From Sumerlaeia bacterium (GTDB lineage: Bacteria > Sumerlaeota > Sumerlaeia > SLMS01 > JAHLLQ01), in NCBI GenBank assembly GCA_040219255.1, contig JAVJSW010000069.1, forward strand, positions 1 to 64,000: 64,000 nucleotides of DNA. The letters run 5' to 3'. This document shows, one piece after another, positions 26,472-37,253 of the stretch. Position 1 is the first letter of the stretch. The number at the start of each line of letters is the position of its first letter. The position numbers were made by a program, and so were the translations under genes. The notes below the pieces were generated by a model, which searched no databases, had not been told where the DNA came from, and worked only from the letters and a program-made list of their open reading frames with translations.

Positions 26472-27098
26472 TTACTTCGAGTAAAGCTCGACGATGAGCT
26501 GCTCTTTGACGTCGATGTCCGTGAGGTCTTCCCGGCTCGGGATGCTGAGGAACTTCGCCGACATGTTGTCCGCGTTGAACTCGATCCAGTGGGGGCGGCC
26601 GTCGGCGTTGGCGTAGCCGAGGGATTCTTCCACCGGCTTCATCTTCTTGCTCTTCTCCGTCAGGCTGATGACGTCGCCGGGGCGCACTTCATAGGACGGG
26701 ATGTTGACGAGCTTGCCGTTGACCAGCACGTGCTTGTGGGAAACGAGCTGCCGGGCGCCGCTGCGCGTCACGGCGTAGCCGCAACGGTAAACGACGTTGT
26801 CGAGGCGGCGCTCAAGAAGCTGGAGCAGCACGTGGCCGGTGACGCCGCGATAGCGGGCGGCCTTGGCGAACAGTTTGCGGAACTGGCGCTCGAGAAGGCC
26901 ATAGATACGCTTGAGGGATTGCTTCTCGCGAAGCTGCACACCATAGGTGGAGAGCTTACCACGGGTCAGTCCGTGTTGACCCGGAGGGACGCGGCGCTCG
27001 TTGGCGCGAGCGGCCGCTTTGGAGCGGGGGGATTTCAGGTGAAGGTTCTTACCTTCGCGCCGTTGAAGGCGCACGACGGGTCCTCTGTAACGAGCCAC
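26472..27098 (-). CDS. rpsD: 30S ribosomal protein S4
   Basis: MARYRGP, PPGQHG, LERRLDNVVYR, IVELYSK; lacks the N-terminal Zn cysteines. Confidence 0.98.
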   Translation of the reverse strand: MARYRGPVVRLQRREGKNLHLKSPRSKAAARANERRVPPGQHGLTRGKLSTYGVQLREKQSLKRIYGLLERQFRKLFAKAARYRGVTGHVLLQLLERRLDNVVYRCGYAVTRSGARQLVSHKHVLVNGKLVNIPSYEVRPGDVISLTEKSKKMKPVEESLGYANADGRPHWIEFNADNMSAKFLSIPSREDLTDIDVKEQLIVELYSK

Positions 27099-27201
27099 AG
27101 TCTATTCCTCTTGAGTTCGAAGTCGTTGAGGGTTGGGCGGATGCCGTCTCGTAAGACGCACCGGTCGCCTGATGAGCCGCGATCGGATCCCCGGAGGGGG
27201 A

Positions 27202-27597
27202 CTAGACGCGGCGGCGCTTCGGGGGACGAACGCCGTTATGGGGAATGGGGCTTACGTCGCGGATGGTGCGGACGATGATGCCTTCGTTCTGGATGGAACG
27301 GATGGCGGATTCACGGCCGGAGCCGGGACCCTTGACCTTCACGTCCACCGAGGTCACGCCGTGATCCTTGGCTTCCTTGGCGGCCACTTGCGCGGCTTGG
27401 CCCGCGGCGAACGGGGTGCTCTTGCGAGACCCCTTGAAACCGCTGCCACCGGCGCTGGCCCAGGAAATCGTATTACCGACCGGGTCGGCGATGGTCACGA
27501 TGGTGTTGTTGAATGTCGCGTGGATATGAACGATCGCGTGACTGATGTTCTTCTTGACCTTTTTGGTCTTCGCGGCAGCTTTTTTTGCCTTAGCCAT
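27202..27597 (-). CDS. rpsK: 30S ribosomal protein S11
   Basis: [22 protein letters not shown]. Confidence 0.98.
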   Translation of the reverse strand: MAKAKKAAAKTKKVKKNISHAIVHIHATFNNTIVTIADPVGNTISWASAGGSGFKGSRKSTPFAAGQAAQVAAKEAKDHGVTSVDVKVKGPGSGRESAIRSIQNEGIIVRTIRDVSPIPHNGVRPPKRRRV

Positions 27598-27631
27598 AGC
27601 TTAGGTAGTCCTCTGTGACTGCTTGGTTGTC

Positions 27632-28000
27632 TTACTTCTTCTTGCCGGCGACGGTACGGCGCGGTCCCTTGCGGGTGCGCGCGTTGGTGCGGGTTTTCTG
27701 CCCGCGTACGGGCAGCCCGCGGCGATGCCGCAGACCGCGGTAGCAGCCGATATCCATCAGCCGCTTGATGTTCTGACTGACCTCGCGCCGCAAATCACCC
27801 TCGACCTTGATCTTGCTGGTGATGATGGCGGAGATCTTGGAAACTTCGGTTTCCGACAGGTCGCGGACGCGAGTGTCGAAATCCACTCCCGCCTCGCGGA
27901 GAATTGCGCGACTGGTGGTCAGGCCGATCCCGAAAATGTAGGTCAGCCCGAACTCCACCCGTTTGTCACGAGGCAAATCCACTCCAGCTATACGTGCCAC
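27632..28000 (-). CDS. rpsM: 30S ribosomal protein S13
   Basis: [24 protein letters not shown]. Confidence 0.98.
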   Translation of the reverse strand: MARIAGVDLPRDKRVEFGLTYIFGIGLTTSRAILREAGVDFDTRVRDLSETEVSKISAIITSKIKVEGDLRREVSQNIKRLMDIGCYRGLRHRRGLPVRGQKTRTNARTRKGPRRTVAGKKK

Positions 28001-28046
28001 GGTTGGTGCTCCTGATCTTTCCCTGAATGGTGTGCGAGGTTGCTTC

Positions 28047-28163
28047 TTATCCCTGACGCTGCTTATGGCGAGGGTCCCGCGAGCAAATGACGCGCACGAC
28101 GCCCTTGCGGCGGATGATGCGGCACGCGCCGCAAATTTTCTTTACTGATGCACGGACTTTCAT
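28047..28163 (-). CDS. rpmJ: 50S ribosomal protein L36 (Zn-ribbon form)
   Basis: Below the ORF-track cutoff; manual translation [38 protein letters not shown]. Confidence 0.97.
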   Translation of the reverse strand: MKVRASVKKICGACRIIRRKGVVRVICSRDPRHKQRQG

Positions 28164-28192
28164 GTCTCAGCTCCAAGTGTGTTCCGGTTCGA

Positions 28193-28411
28193 TCACTTGT
28201 TACGGTAAGTGATCCGGCCACGGGTCAGGTCGTAGGGTGACAGTTCAACGGTAACGCGGTCGCCCGGTAGAATACGGATGTAGTGCATACGCATCTTGCC
28301 GGAAATGTGAGTCAGTACCGTGTGGCCGTTATCCAGCTCGACGCGAAACATCGCGTTCGGCAGGGTTTCCACAACAGCTCCCTGGACTTCGATCCCTTTT
28401 TCTTTAGCCAT
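28193..28411 (-). CDS. infA: Translation initiation factor IF-1
   Basis: [27 protein letters not shown]. Confidence 0.98.
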   Translation of the reverse strand: MAKEKGIEVQGAVVETLPNAMFRVELDNGHTVLTHISGKMRMHYIRILPGDRVTVELSPYDLTRGRITYRNK

Positions 28412-28521
28412 AACCGTCCTTTTAGTGTGCCTTACAAAACGAGTGCCGGTTGCGAGAACCGGCGCCAATAGCCTCATTCTAAGGCACAAGCGTGAACATT
28501 AAGTAGGTTTTTCCGGCGACG

Positions 28522-29322
28522 TCAACGGGAAAGTCCCATCTCAACGAGCGCTTCCTGCGGCAACGTCAGAATCCGAGGACCCTGCTCCGTCACCGCCACC
28601 GTATGCTCGTAGTGTGCCGCTATGCTGCCATCGGCCGTCAACACCGTCCAATTGTCGTCCAACGTGACGGTCTGACCGGTGCCGATGGCGATCATCGGTT
28701 CGATCGCCAGGACCATGCCGGTCTTCAGGCGTTTGCCCTTGCCCGGCTGACCCTTGTTCTCGATGTGCGGATCTTCGTGAGGATTGCGGCCCAGGCCATG
28801 CCCGCCGTAACCCTCGATGACGTGGAATCCTTCGCCCTCGACGAAGGTCTGAATGGCGTGGCCGATGTCGCCGAGGCGCTTGCCGGGCCAGCACTGCTCG
28901 ATGCCGAGGTAGAGGGACTTCTTCGTGACCTCCATCAGCCGCGCCACTTCCGTGCGCACCTCGCCCACCGCCACCGTGGTGGCCATGTCGGCGAAGAACC
29001 CGTTGTATTTGACGCCGCAATCGATCGAGATCACATCGCCCTCTTGCAGGTCCACCTTGCGGGGGATGCCATGGACCACGGCGTCGTTGATGGCGGTGCA
29101 GAGGGTCTTGGGAAATCCATAAAGATTCTCGAACGCCGGCTTCGCACCCGCTTCGAGAATCAGACCCTTGGCGATCCGGTCGAGGTCGATGGGCGTGATG
29201 CCCGGGCGCACCTGGGCGGCCACTTCCTCGATGACGGCATGAAGGATCTGGCCCGCCTCGCGGATCGCTTCGATCTCCGCGGCAGTCTTCAGTTCCAGCT
29301 TCTTGTGTTCCGTCGGACCCAC
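28522..29322 (-). CDS. map: Methionine aminopeptidase type I
   Basis: VVHGIP, SIDCG..FAD, GHGLG..HEDP, AIEPM, AHYEHT; start uncertain (GTG 29322 or 29361). Confidence 0.95.
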   Translation of the reverse strand: MGPTEHKKLELKTAAEIEAIREAGQILHAVIEEVAAQVRPGITPIDLDRIAKGLILEAGAKPAFENLYGFPKTLCTAINDAVVHGIPRKVDLQEGDVISIDCGVKYNGFFADMATTVAVGEVRTEVARLMEVTKKSLYLGIEQCWPGKRLGDIGHAIQTFVEGEGFHVIEGYGGHGLGRNPHEDPHIENKGQPGKGKRLKTGMVLAIEPMIAIGTGQTVTLDDNWTVLTADGSIAAHYEHTVAVTEQGPRILTLPQEALVEMGLSR

Positions 29323-29332
29323 GATCGGTCGC

Positions 29333-30022
29333 TTATCCTTCCGGCGAGGCAGCCGCCTCACCCGCGTTCATGTTGAAATCCGCCAGAGCGTTCTTGATGC
29401 GGCGGAAGACGGAATCGACATTGCCGGTTCCGTCGATATTGGCCAGTTGGCCACGCAATTCGTACTCCATCAGCACCGGCTTGGTCTGCTCGTCGTAAAC
29501 GCGCAGTCGCTCCTGCACGGTCGCTGGCTGGTCGTCGACCCGTTGCGTGAAAGGGCAAACGCGGAAGTCGCATTGATCCGGCAGGGACGGCGCCTTGAAG
29601 TACACGTTGATGGTGCGTTTGCAATCGAGGCAAACGCGCCGGCCCGTGATGCGCAGGATCAGAGTATCCTTGGGCACATCCAGATTGACCACGGCGACGC
29701 CCGCCAATCCAGCTTCCTTCAGGATATCGTCCAACAGTCCGACCTGCGGTATGGTGCGAGGGAAACCGTCGAACAGATAGCCACGAAATTCTCCCAGACC
29801 TTGCTTCACAAAACCGCGAACGAGTTGGGCGGTCAATTCGTCGGAGACCAGCTCGCCTTGCTCAATCCTCGTCTTGATGTCCCGTCCCAGCGGAGTTCCG
29901 GCGCGGATGGCGGCCCGGAAGGCGTCACCGGTGGAAAGGTGACGCAGCCCGTAGGTCTCGCAGAGAAGGGAGGACTGAGTGCCCTTGCCCGACCCGGGAG
30001 GACCGAACAGGACGAGATTCAC
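29333..30022 (-). CDS. adk: Adenylate kinase
   Basis: GPPGSGKGTQ, DGFPRT, Cys-containing LID. Confidence 0.96.
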   Translation of the reverse strand: MNLVLFGPPGSGKGTQSSLLCETYGLRHLSTGDAFRAAIRAGTPLGRDIKTRIEQGELVSDELTAQLVRGFVKQGLGEFRGYLFDGFPRTIPQVGLLDDILKEAGLAGVAVVNLDVPKDTLILRITGRRVCLDCKRTINVYFKAPSLPDQCDFRVCPFTQRVDDQPATVQERLRVYDEQTKPVLMEYELRGQLANIDGTGNVDSVFRRIKNALADFNMNAGEAAASPEG

Positions 30023-31521
30023 GATTCTTCCTTCTCCGTGTCCGCGGGGGCCGATTCTTTCTGGCCCGCGGGCTTGCGGCGTTCGCGATTGAAGGTGCGG
30101 GAACCGGTACTGCGCGGCCCGCGGGGCGAGCTGGCGCCCGTCCCCCGCGTCACCTTGTGCTTGTCGTAGCCGCCCATCAGCATCTGGCTTTCGATGCGCT
30201 TCATCGTGTCCAGAACCACGCCGACCACAATGATCAGACCCGTACCGCCGGCGAATTGCGCGACGCCGTAGGGTATCTCAAAGGCGACCGAGATGACTTC
30301 CGGGATGAGGGCCACGGATACCAGGAACACGGCGCCGACGGTTGTGATCCGGGTCAGAACCATATCGATGTAATCGGCCGTTTGCTTACCCGGCCGGTAG
30401 CCCGGAATGAAGGCGCCGAACTTCTTGAGATTGTCCGCCACATCCTGGGGATTGAACGTGATGGCGGTGTAGAAAAAGCAGAAGAACGCCGTCAGGATGA
30501 CGTAGAGCAGAGTGTAGAGGTTCGCGGCCTTGAGCAGCAGGAAGATGCTCTCCTTCTGAAGGTTGAAGGCCTCGTACAGGTTGTACTGGGAGAAGGGAGA
30601 GAACCAGGCGCCCAGGCTGGCCCCGGCGCCGCGGTCCGCGCCGACCCAGCCGAGAATCGTCTGGGGCAGCATGAGGATGGCGCTCGAGAAGATGACCGGG
30701 ATAACGCCCGCGGTGTTCACCTTCAGGGGCAGATAGTTCGTCTGAGCCTGCGTTTGGCGCCGGCCGACGGTGCGCTTGGCGTGCTGGATCGGAATCTTGC
30801 GCGCGCCTTCCTGGATCAGAACGATCACAACAGTGGTCACGATGCACAGGGCGATAATCACGGGAACCCAGATGGTGGCCAGGGCGCCGTTTTGAATCTG
30901 GAACCAGCCTTGGGCGATGCCCTGTGGGAAGAAGGCCATGATGCCGAGCGCGATGATGAGCGAAATGCCGTTTCCGACGCCCTTGGCGGTGATGCGCTCG
31001 CCGATCCACATCAGGAGCGTCGTGCCCGCCGTCATCGCGCACATGTTGATGAAAAGGAACAGAGCTGGACGGTCGGCCAGGAAGGGGCTGACCAGGTCCT
31101 GCTTGACCATGAGGAGGCCGAGGCCGAGGGACTGGAAGGCTGCGAGAACGACAGTGCCGTAGCGCGTCCACTGCTCGATCTTCTTCTGGCCCGCTTCGCC
31201 CTCTTTACGGATTTTTTCCAGCGCCGGGACGACCGGCATCATCACCTGGAGGATAATCTGCACCGAGATGTAGGGCATGATGCCGAGCGCCATAACCGTC
31301 ATCTGGCTGAAGGCGCCGCCGGTGAACATGTCCACCATGGCGAAGACGCCGCCACCCATGCCGCCCGCCGTGTTGCGGAAGAACTCTTCCACCTTCTCGA
31401 CGCTGACGAAAGGGGTGGGGACGTGGGCGCCGACGCGGAAGACGGCGATCATCGCGAGGGTGTAGAGGATCTTTTTGCGAAGCTCAACGTTATCGAAGGC
31501 TTGTTGAAGCTTTCCTAACAT
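30019..31521 (-). CDS. secY: Preprotein translocase SecY
   Basis: LGIMPYI, GVGNGISL, NTAGVIPVIF, IPGYRPG, GGTGLIIVVGV. Confidence 0.98.
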   Translation of the reverse strand: MLGKLQQAFDNVELRKKILYTLAMIAVFRVGAHVPTPFVSVEKVEEFFRNTAGGMGGGVFAMVDMFTGGAFSQMTVMALGIMPYISVQIILQVMMPVVPALEKIRKEGEAGQKKIEQWTRYGTVVLAAFQSLGLGLLMVKQDLVSPFLADRPALFLFINMCAMTAGTTLLMWIGERITAKGVGNGISLIIALGIMAFFPQGIAQGWFQIQNGALATIWVPVIIALCIVTTVVIVLIQEGARKIPIQHAKRTVGRRQTQAQTNYLPLKVNTAGVIPVIFSSAILMLPQTILGWVGADRGAGASLGAWFSPFSQYNLYEAFNLQKESIFLLLKAANLYTLLYVILTAFFCFFYTAITFNPQDVADNLKKFGAFIPGYRPGKQTADYIDMVLTRITTVGAVFLVSVALIPEVISVAFEIPYGVAQFAGGTGLIIVVGVVLDTMKRIESQMLMGGYDKHKVTRGTGASSPRGPRSTGSRTFNRERRKPAGQKESAPADTEKEES

Positions 31522-31617
31522 GGGAAAAACCAGGCCTGCTTAAGCGGAAAATGGGGGCTTGCGAAAAGCCCCGTCGGTCAGTCGGTCAAACGTGGAGGAA
31601 GCGTGGCTGGCTCGCCA

Positions 31618-32064
31618 TTATCGAGGCAAAACCTCGGTGGAGCCACCGGCCGCTTCGATCTTGCTCTTCGCCGAACCGGAGAAGGCGTGGACCTTGACGG
31701 TGAGTTTCTTGGTGAGGTCGCCGTTGGCCAGAACCTTGACGGGGGCCTTGCTGTTTACGAGGCGGGCTTTGCGCAGCGCTTCCACATCCACCGTGGCGCC
31801 ATCGTCGAAGCACTTGTCCAGACTGGACAGGTTGACGACTTCGAAGGCCACGCGGTTGGGGTTCGAGAAACCGAACTTGGGAAGGCGGCGAATCAGGGGA
31901 ATCTGCCCGCCTTCGAAGTACATGCCCTTGCCGGCGCCGGAGCGGGCCTGCTTGCCTTTATGGCCTTTTCCGGCGGTTTTTCCTTGGCCCGAGCCTTCGC
32001 CGCGCCCAACTCGCTTGCGCTTCTGTTGTCTTCCTGGGTCGCCAGGCAGCGTATGAATTTTCAT
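31618..32064 (-). CDS. rplO: 50S ribosomal protein L15
   Basis: RVGRGEGSG, FEGGQIPL. Confidence 0.98.
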   Translation of the reverse strand: MKIHTLPGDPGRQQKRKRVGRGEGSGQGKTAGKGHKGKQARSGAGKGMYFEGGQIPLIRRLPKFGFSNPNRVAFEVVNLSSLDKCFDDGATVDVEALRKARLVNSKAPVKVLANGDLTKKLTVKVHAFSGSAKSKIEAAGGSTEVLPR

Positions 32065-32249
32065 CAGTCTTGAATCTCCTCGACTTCCACCAGGTGGATG
32101 ACGTTGGCGATCATGCCTTTAATCTGGGGTGTGTTTTCTTTCACCACGGTGTGGTTCAACCGGCGCAAACCCAACGCCTCAATGGTGGCGTGGTGGTTCT
32201 TCTTGGCGCCGATCAGGCTTTTCTTCCAAGTGATACGTACTTTGCTCAT
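32064..32249 (-). CDS. rpmD: 50S ribosomal protein L30
   Basis: KSLIG..ALGLRR..GMI; canonical position. Confidence 0.95.
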   Translation of the reverse strand: MSKVRITWKKSLIGAKKNHHATIEALGLRRLNHTVVKENTPQIKGMIANVIHLVEVEEIQD

Positions 32250-32279
32250 CGGTCAGCGGCTCCGCTCCGTGGTCACGTT

Positions 32280-33035
32280 TTAGGTGTTGTCCGAATCCGC
32301 GGCGCCGCTGTCGTCGCCGCCGCCACCGCGGCGGTCGTCACGGCCCCCGGCGGTGTAGGTGCCGCGGCGATTGCGCGGCTCCTTGTCGCGGGTATTGGCG
32401 GAGAATTCGGGCTGAATGTTCATGGCTTCTTCGCGGCCCTTGATGTAGCGCTCGGCGCCCATCTTGCCCAACATATCTTCGAGGGTCTTACCGCGGAGTT
32501 CGGCGACCTTTTCAGCCAGCACCATCTGGCGCAGGCCGTCGAAGGTGGCCTTGACCACGTTGAGCTGGTTGTCACTGCCAAGCACTTTGGTGAGGCAGTC
32601 GCGGATGCCGCAGAGTTCGAGCACGGCGCGCACCGCGGGACCGGCGATAAGGCCCGTACCTTCGGCGGCCGGTTTGATCATGACGCGGGCGGCGCTGTAT
32701 TCGCCGATGCACTCATGAGGGACGGTGCGGTTGACCAGCGGGACCGCGATCAACGAGCGCTTGCCCGATTCGACGGCCTTCTGGATCGAGTCCGGAACTT
32801 CGTTGGCTTTGCCGAAGCCGACGCCGACGTGTCCGCGGCCATCGCCAACGACCACCAGGGCGGCGAAGCTGAAGCGGCGGCCACCCTTGACCACCTTGGC
32901 GACGCGATTGAGGCTTACGACCTCCTCGCGGATGTCCAGCTTACCGGCATCGAGACGGCCATCAGGAAGACGAAGTCCTTCTTCTTCCATCACAGGCTCC
33001 ATCTCTGGAGAGTTTTCAGTTTCCATAACAGTCAT
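32280..33035 (-). CDS. rpsE: 30S ribosomal protein S5 (with terminal extensions)
   Basis: [26 protein letters not shown]. Confidence 0.98.
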   Translation of the reverse strand: MTVMETENSPEMEPVMEEEGLRLPDGRLDAGKLDIREEVVSLNRVAKVVKGGRRFSFAALVVVGDGRGHVGVGFGKANEVPDSIQKAVESGKRSLIAVPLVNRTVPHECIGEYSAARVMIKPAAEGTGLIAGPAVRAVLELCGIRDCLTKVLGSDNQLNVVKATFDGLRQMVLAEKVAELRGKTLEDMLGKMGAERYIKGREEAMNIQPEFSANTRDKEPRNRRGTYTAGGRDDRRGGGGDDSGAADSDNT

Positions 33036-33146
33036 CGTGCACCTAACTCAGAATAGTAACGCGAGCGCGGCCGGGGCGCCAGAGGAAGCCGGACTTAGAC
33101 CGGCTTGGCAAGGCCATTCCCTCGAAACCGGGAGAAATTTCAAAAC

Positions 33147-33539
33147 TCAGATCTTCACGCCGCCTTCGCGAATGCCGTCCGCCAAAGCCTGGACGATGCC
33201 ATGGTAGCGGTAGCCTCCGCGATCGAACACGGCCGATTCGATGCCTTTTTCTTTGAGCTTGGCAGCCAGTTCGCCACCCAGCTTCTTGGCATTGCCAATA
33301 TTGCGGAACCCTTGATCCTTGCCCTTCTCCACCAGGGACGTCGTGTCCACGGAGGCGACGGTCTTCGCACCGGCTTCCAGGGAGCGATCGTCGATCGCCA
33401 CCAGGTAGAGGTGCTTGAGCGTCTTACGGGCCAGAATGCGGGGGCGTTCGGCGGTGCCGAACACCTTCTTGCGGATACGGATGTGGCGGCGCTTGCGGCG
33501 GCCCACCTTCGTTTTGCGTTCGCTAGGCTTGAGCAGCAT
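33147..33539 (-). CDS. rplR: 50S ribosomal protein L18
   Basis: GTAERPR, VFDRGGYRYHG. Confidence 0.97.
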   Translation of the reverse strand: MLLKPSERKTKVGRRKRRHIRIRKKVFGTAERPRILARKTLKHLYLVAIDDRSLEAGAKTVASVDTTSLVEKGKDQGFRNIGNAKKLGGELAAKLKEKGIESAVFDRGGYRYHGIVQALADGIREGGVKI

Positions 33540-33653
33540 AGTCGTCGTCTCCTCGACGGATCGTTCGGGTCAAAAAGCGCCAGAAGGTTTTGAGGTCACA
33601 GGGAGTTGTGCCGTGAACCAGCCCTTGGCGCGATGAAGGGGCAGCGGGGCCGC

Positions 33654-34193
33654 TTAGCGGCCGCTCGACTTGCCTTCCTTGAGCTTCACACGCTCGCCGG
33701 AATAGCGCACGCCCTTGCCCTTGTAGGGTTCGGGGGGGCGATAGCCGCGAATCTTGGCGGCCACCTGGCCGACGGCCTGCTTGTCCGCTCCCTCCACAAT
33801 CACCGATGTCGGTGTCGGCACCGTGATCGTGATGCCCTGGGGGGCTTCGAAGAGGACGGGGTGGGAGAAGCCCAAGGCGAGGCTGATAGACTTGCCCTTC
33901 ATTTCCGCGCGATAACCGATGCCCTGGATTTCCAGGGTCTTCTTGAATCCGTCGGTCACTCCGGTCACGCAGTTCGCGATGAGGCGCTGGTAGAGACCGT
34001 GGAAGGCGCGCTGCTGACGGCTGTCGTCAAAGCGCTGCACTTTGATCTCGCCATTTTCTTCGATCACATTGACGCGGCCATGGGTGTCCACGCCGAGTTC
34101 GCCCTTCGGGCCCTTGACGGACACGTGGGTCTTGTCGATCTTGACGGTGACGCCCTTGGGGACGGGAATGGGAAGTTTTCCAATACGTGACAT
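33654..34193 (-). CDS. rplF: 50S ribosomal protein L6
   Basis: MSRIGKLP, PPEPYKGKG. Confidence 0.98.
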   Translation of the reverse strand: MSRIGKLPIPVPKGVTVKIDKTHVSVKGPKGELGVDTHGRVNVIEENGEIKVQRFDDSRQQRAFHGLYQRLIANCVTGVTDGFKKTLEIQGIGYRAEMKGKSISLALGFSHPVLFEAPQGITITVPTPTSVIVEGADKQAVGQVAAKIRGYRPPEPYKGKGVRYSGERVKLKEGKSSGR

Positions 34194-34275
34194 CTGAGTG
34201 TGCCAGCCTTTCTCTCTTGTGTTGGCGCCGCCGCGGGGGGCGAGCCAAGTCAGGAGGGTGGACGAAAAAGTCGGT

Positions 34276-34674
34276 TTAGTAAACGGTGCAGAGGATTTCG
34301 CCGCCGACGTTGAGCTTGCGGCATTCCTTACCGGTCAGGATCCCCGCCGAAGTGGAGAGGATCGTGATGCCCAGGCCGCCGCGCACGCGCGGAATGTCGG
34401 TGGAGGGCAAGTAGCGCCGGATGCCGGGTTTGGACACGCGCTCGAGGCCGTTGATGACCCGGGTCTTGTCCGGACCGTACTTGAGGAAGATCCGGATCGT
34501 GCCCTGCTTGTTGGTCCGCATCACCTTATAGTACTTGATGAAGCCTTCGTCCTTCAGGATGCGGGCGATGGCGACTTTCATCTTGCTGTTCGGCACATCG
34601 ACGTGATCGCGGTACACAAGGTTCGCGTTACGGATGCGGGTGAGCATATCGGCGATTGGATCTGTATGCGTCAT
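34276..34674 (-). CDS. rpsH: 30S ribosomal protein S8
   Basis: [25 protein letters not shown]. Confidence 0.98.
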   Translation of the reverse strand: MTHTDPIADMLTRIRNANLVYRDHVDVPNSKMKVAIARILKDEGFIKYYKVMRTNKQGTIRIFLKYGPDKTRVINGLERVSKPGIRRYLPSTDIPRVRGGLGITILSTSAGILTGKECRKLNVGGEILCTVY

Positions 34675-34740
34675 GCTTCTCTCAACCTCTCAGGGGAAGC
34701 TTCTCAAGCTTGTGGGATGCGGGGGGGAGTCGGGTCTCGG

Positions 34741-35319
34741 TCAATTGCGGAAGGCGAAACCGAGGAGACGAAGGAGTTCCTTCGCTTCCGCGTCGGTCTT
34801 GGCGGTGGTCACCACCGTGACATCGAGGCCGCGGTTGTGGGGGATTTCGTTCGGGTCGAGTTCCACGAAGATGGAGTGCTCGCGGATGCCGACGCTGTAG
34901 TTGCCGCGGCCGTCGAAGCTGTTGCCGGGCAGGCCGCGGAAGTCGCGGATGCGGGGCACAGCGGTGTTGACGAAGCGGTCGAGGAAATCGTACATGCGAT
35001 GTCCGCGCATCGTGACCGAGCAGCCGACCGGCATGCCTTCACGAATTTTGAACTGGGAGACGCTGATCTTCGCGCGATTGAGGCGGGGCTTCTGGCCTGT
35101 GATGGCCGTCAGCTCCTTGGTCGCCGAGTCCATTTCCTTGATGTCGCGAGAGGCTTCGCCCACGCCCATGTTGACCGTGACTTTGACAAGCCGCGGAATC
35201 TGCATGACGTTTTTGTAGCCGAATTTTTCCTTCAGCGCGCCAGCGACCTCACTCTGATATTTGTCCATCAGCCGGGGGCGATATCCCGAGGCGCCGTTAC
35301 CATTTGCCGTCGTAGCCAT
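34741..35319 (-). CDS. rplE: 50S ribosomal protein L5
   Basis: NMGVGEA, PRIRDFRG, FDGRGNY. Confidence 0.98.
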   Translation of the reverse strand: MATTANGNGASGYRPRLMDKYQSEVAGALKEKFGYKNVMQIPRLVKVTVNMGVGEASRDIKEMDSATKELTAITGQKPRLNRAKISVSQFKIREGMPVGCSVTMRGHRMYDFLDRFVNTAVPRIRDFRGLPGNSFDGRGNYSVGIREHSIFVELDPNEIPHNRGLDVTVVTTAKTDAEAKELLRLLGFAFRN

Positions 35320-35388
35320 AGTTCCTTACTTCCCGCTTCAGACTGCGTCTCTTCGAGTAAATCTTGGGGGCGGAGGAGACCTGAAAAA

Positions 35389-35721
35389 TCAGGCTTCGTC
35401 CACCACTTCATCGTTGAATTCACCACCCCGGGCGACACGGACTTTCGAGCCGTCGGAGTTGACTTTGCTGCCCAGGCGAACCGGTTTGTCCTTATGGACA
35501 AACATCACGTTGCTGAGATGGATGGGAGCTTCGCGCTCGATGATGCCACCAAGCTGCTCGCCGTCCTTGCCCTGACGGACCGGTTCGTGGTGGGCGCGGA
35601 GATTGATTTTCTCCACGATCACCTTGTCGAGTTTCGGGATCACCTTGGTGACAGTGCCACGCTCGCCCTTGTAAGGACCAGTGATGACCTGAATGGTGTC
35701 GCCTTTGCGAATCAAACTCAT
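35389..35721 (-). CDS. rplX: 50S ribosomal protein L24
   Basis: KGDTIQVITG..KG, EAPIHLSNV. Confidence 0.97.
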   Translation of the reverse strand: MSLIRKGDTIQVITGPYKGERGTVTKVIPKLDKVIVEKINLRAHHEPVRQGKDGEQLGGIIEREAPIHLSNVMFVHKDKPVRLGSKVNSDGSKVRVARGGEFNDEVVDEA

Positions 35722-35756
35722 CGTTTCTCGTCTCCCCTAATCGGTGTGGGCGTGGA

Positions 35757-36125
35757 TCAAAAGACTTCCGGGGCCAGGGACACGATCTTCATGAAGCGCT
35801 TGGCGCGAAGTTCGCGGCCGACGGCGCCGAAGATACGGGTGCCCACCGGTTCGTTGTCTTTGTTGATGATGACGGCGGCGTTGTCGTCGAATTTGATGAA
35901 GCTGCCGTCTTCGCGGGCCACTTCTTTGACGGTGCGCACGATGACGGCGCGCACCACCGCCTTCTTCTTGATGTTGCCCTGGGGGTCGGCTTCGCGGACC
36001 GACGCCACGACGATGTCGCCGATGCTCGCGTAGCGGCGCTTGGAGCCGCCCAGAATCTTGAAGCAGCGCAGTTTACGGGCGCCGCTGTTGTCGGCCACGT
36101 TGAGGATGGTATAATCTTGAACCAT
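35757..36125 (-). CDS. rplN: 50S ribosomal protein L14
   Basis: VADNSGA, FDDNAAV, GTRIFG. Confidence 0.98.
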   Translation of the reverse strand: MVQDYTILNVADNSGARKLRCFKILGGSKRRYASIGDIVVASVREADPQGNIKKKAVVRAVIVRTVKEVAREDGSFIKFDDNAAVIINKDNEPVGTRIFGAVGRELRAKRFMKIVSLAPEVF

Positions 36126-36169
36126 GGTTGCCGTCTCCCGATCGTCAGGTCCCTAAGTGGGTCGGTACT

Positions 36170-36463
36170 TTACTTGGCGCGCTCGATGATGCGGCGCAGC
36201 CGGTAGCGCTTGAGCTTGGACAGAGGGCGAGAGACCTCGACCACTTCCACGCGATCGCCGATGTTGGCCTCGTTGTTCGCGTCGTGGGCGTACAGCTTCT
36301 TGTTCCGCCGGATGTACTTCTTGTAAACCGGGTGCTTGGTCAGCCGCTGGACCTGGACCACGATGGTCTTGTCCATTTTGTTGCTGCCCACCACGCCGAT
36401 GAAGGACTTGCTGATGCGGCTTTTTTTCGCCGTCTCTTGTTGCACTTCTGCCTGCTCTGCCAT
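36170..36463 (-). CDS. rpsQ: 30S ribosomal protein S17
   Basis: [19 protein letters not shown]; start set at MAEQ. Confidence 0.97.
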   Translation of the reverse strand: MAEQAEVQQETAKKSRISKSFIGVVGSNKMDKTIVVQVQRLTKHPVYKKYIRRNKKLYAHDANNEANIGDRVEVVEVSRPLSKLKRYRLRRIIERAK

Positions 36464-36529
36464 TGTTAACGTCTCTCTCAGGTCTGATTCCGTTGCGGTG
36501 GCCAAGGGTTCGGGCGCCTTCGCGGGCCC

Positions 36530-36733
36530 TTACTGCTGCTTCTGGGCGAGGATCGTGTTGATCCGGGCCACTTCGCGCTTTTTCGCGCTGATGCCGTTGA
36601 CGTCGGTGAGTTCCTTCGTCGTGGCCTGAACGCGCAGGTTGAAGAGTTCTTTCTTCACTTCGTTGAGGCGCTCGTTGAGTTCGGTGACATCGAGTTCCCG
36701 CAACTGATTCGTCTTCAAGATCTTGCTAGCCAT
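36530..36733 (-). CDS. rpmC: 50S ribosomal protein L29
   Basis: ELFNLR..VARINT; canonical position. Confidence 0.96.
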   Translation of the reverse strand: MASKILKTNQLRELDVTELNERLNEVKKELFNLRVQATTKELTDVNGISAKKREVARINTILAQKQQ

Positions 36734-36757
36734 GGGTCCGTTCCTTTTCCGAGGTCC

Positions 36758-37183
36758 TTACTGCGTGGGGGCCACTTCGTCGCGATAGACGAACTTGGCT
36801 TTGACCGGCAGTTTGTGGATGGCGCGGCGCATAGCCTCTTTGGCCAATGGGAAGTTGACGCCGTCGAGTTCGAAGAGGATCCGGCCAGGCTTGACCACGG
36901 CGACCCAGTGTTCCGGGTTGCCCTTGCCTTTGCCCATTCGGGTTTCGGCGGGCTTCACGGTCAAGGGCTTGTCCGGGAAGATGGTGATCCAGACTTTACC
37001 GCCACGCTTGACCGTGCGGTTGATCGCGATACGGGCGCTTTCGATCTGGCGGTTTGTGATCCAGCCCGCTTCGAGCGCCTTGATACCGTAGTTGCCGAAG
37101 GACAGGTTGCAGCCGCGATACGCTTTGCCGCGGCGGCGGCCCTTCATGACTTTGCGGTGCTTAGGTCGTTTCGGGAGAAGCAT
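36758..37183 (-). CDS. rplP: 50S ribosomal protein L16
   Basis: [19 protein letters not shown]. Confidence 0.98.
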   Translation of the reverse strand: MLLPKRPKHRKVMKGRRRGKAYRGCNLSFGNYGIKALEAGWITNRQIESARIAINRTVKRGGKVWITIFPDKPLTVKPAETRMGKGKGNPEHWVAVVKPGRILFELDGVNFPLAKEAMRRAIHKLPVKAKFVYRDEVAPTQ

Positions 37184-37253
37184 TGTTCATCCGTCCTCTG
37201 GGAATCGTCTCTCTCGTCTTCAGCCGGTCATCGTCACGGGGGACGAATGCCGC

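Noticed and set aside
29540-29640. Atypical Cys spacing in the adenylate kinase LID (CxxC...Cx4C)
   Set aside because: Minor variation of the known Zn-LID; no evidence of altered function.
32280-33035. Extended termini of S5 (also L22, S17, SecY)
   Set aside because: Low-complexity terminal extensions are common in these proteins and some starts are uncertain.
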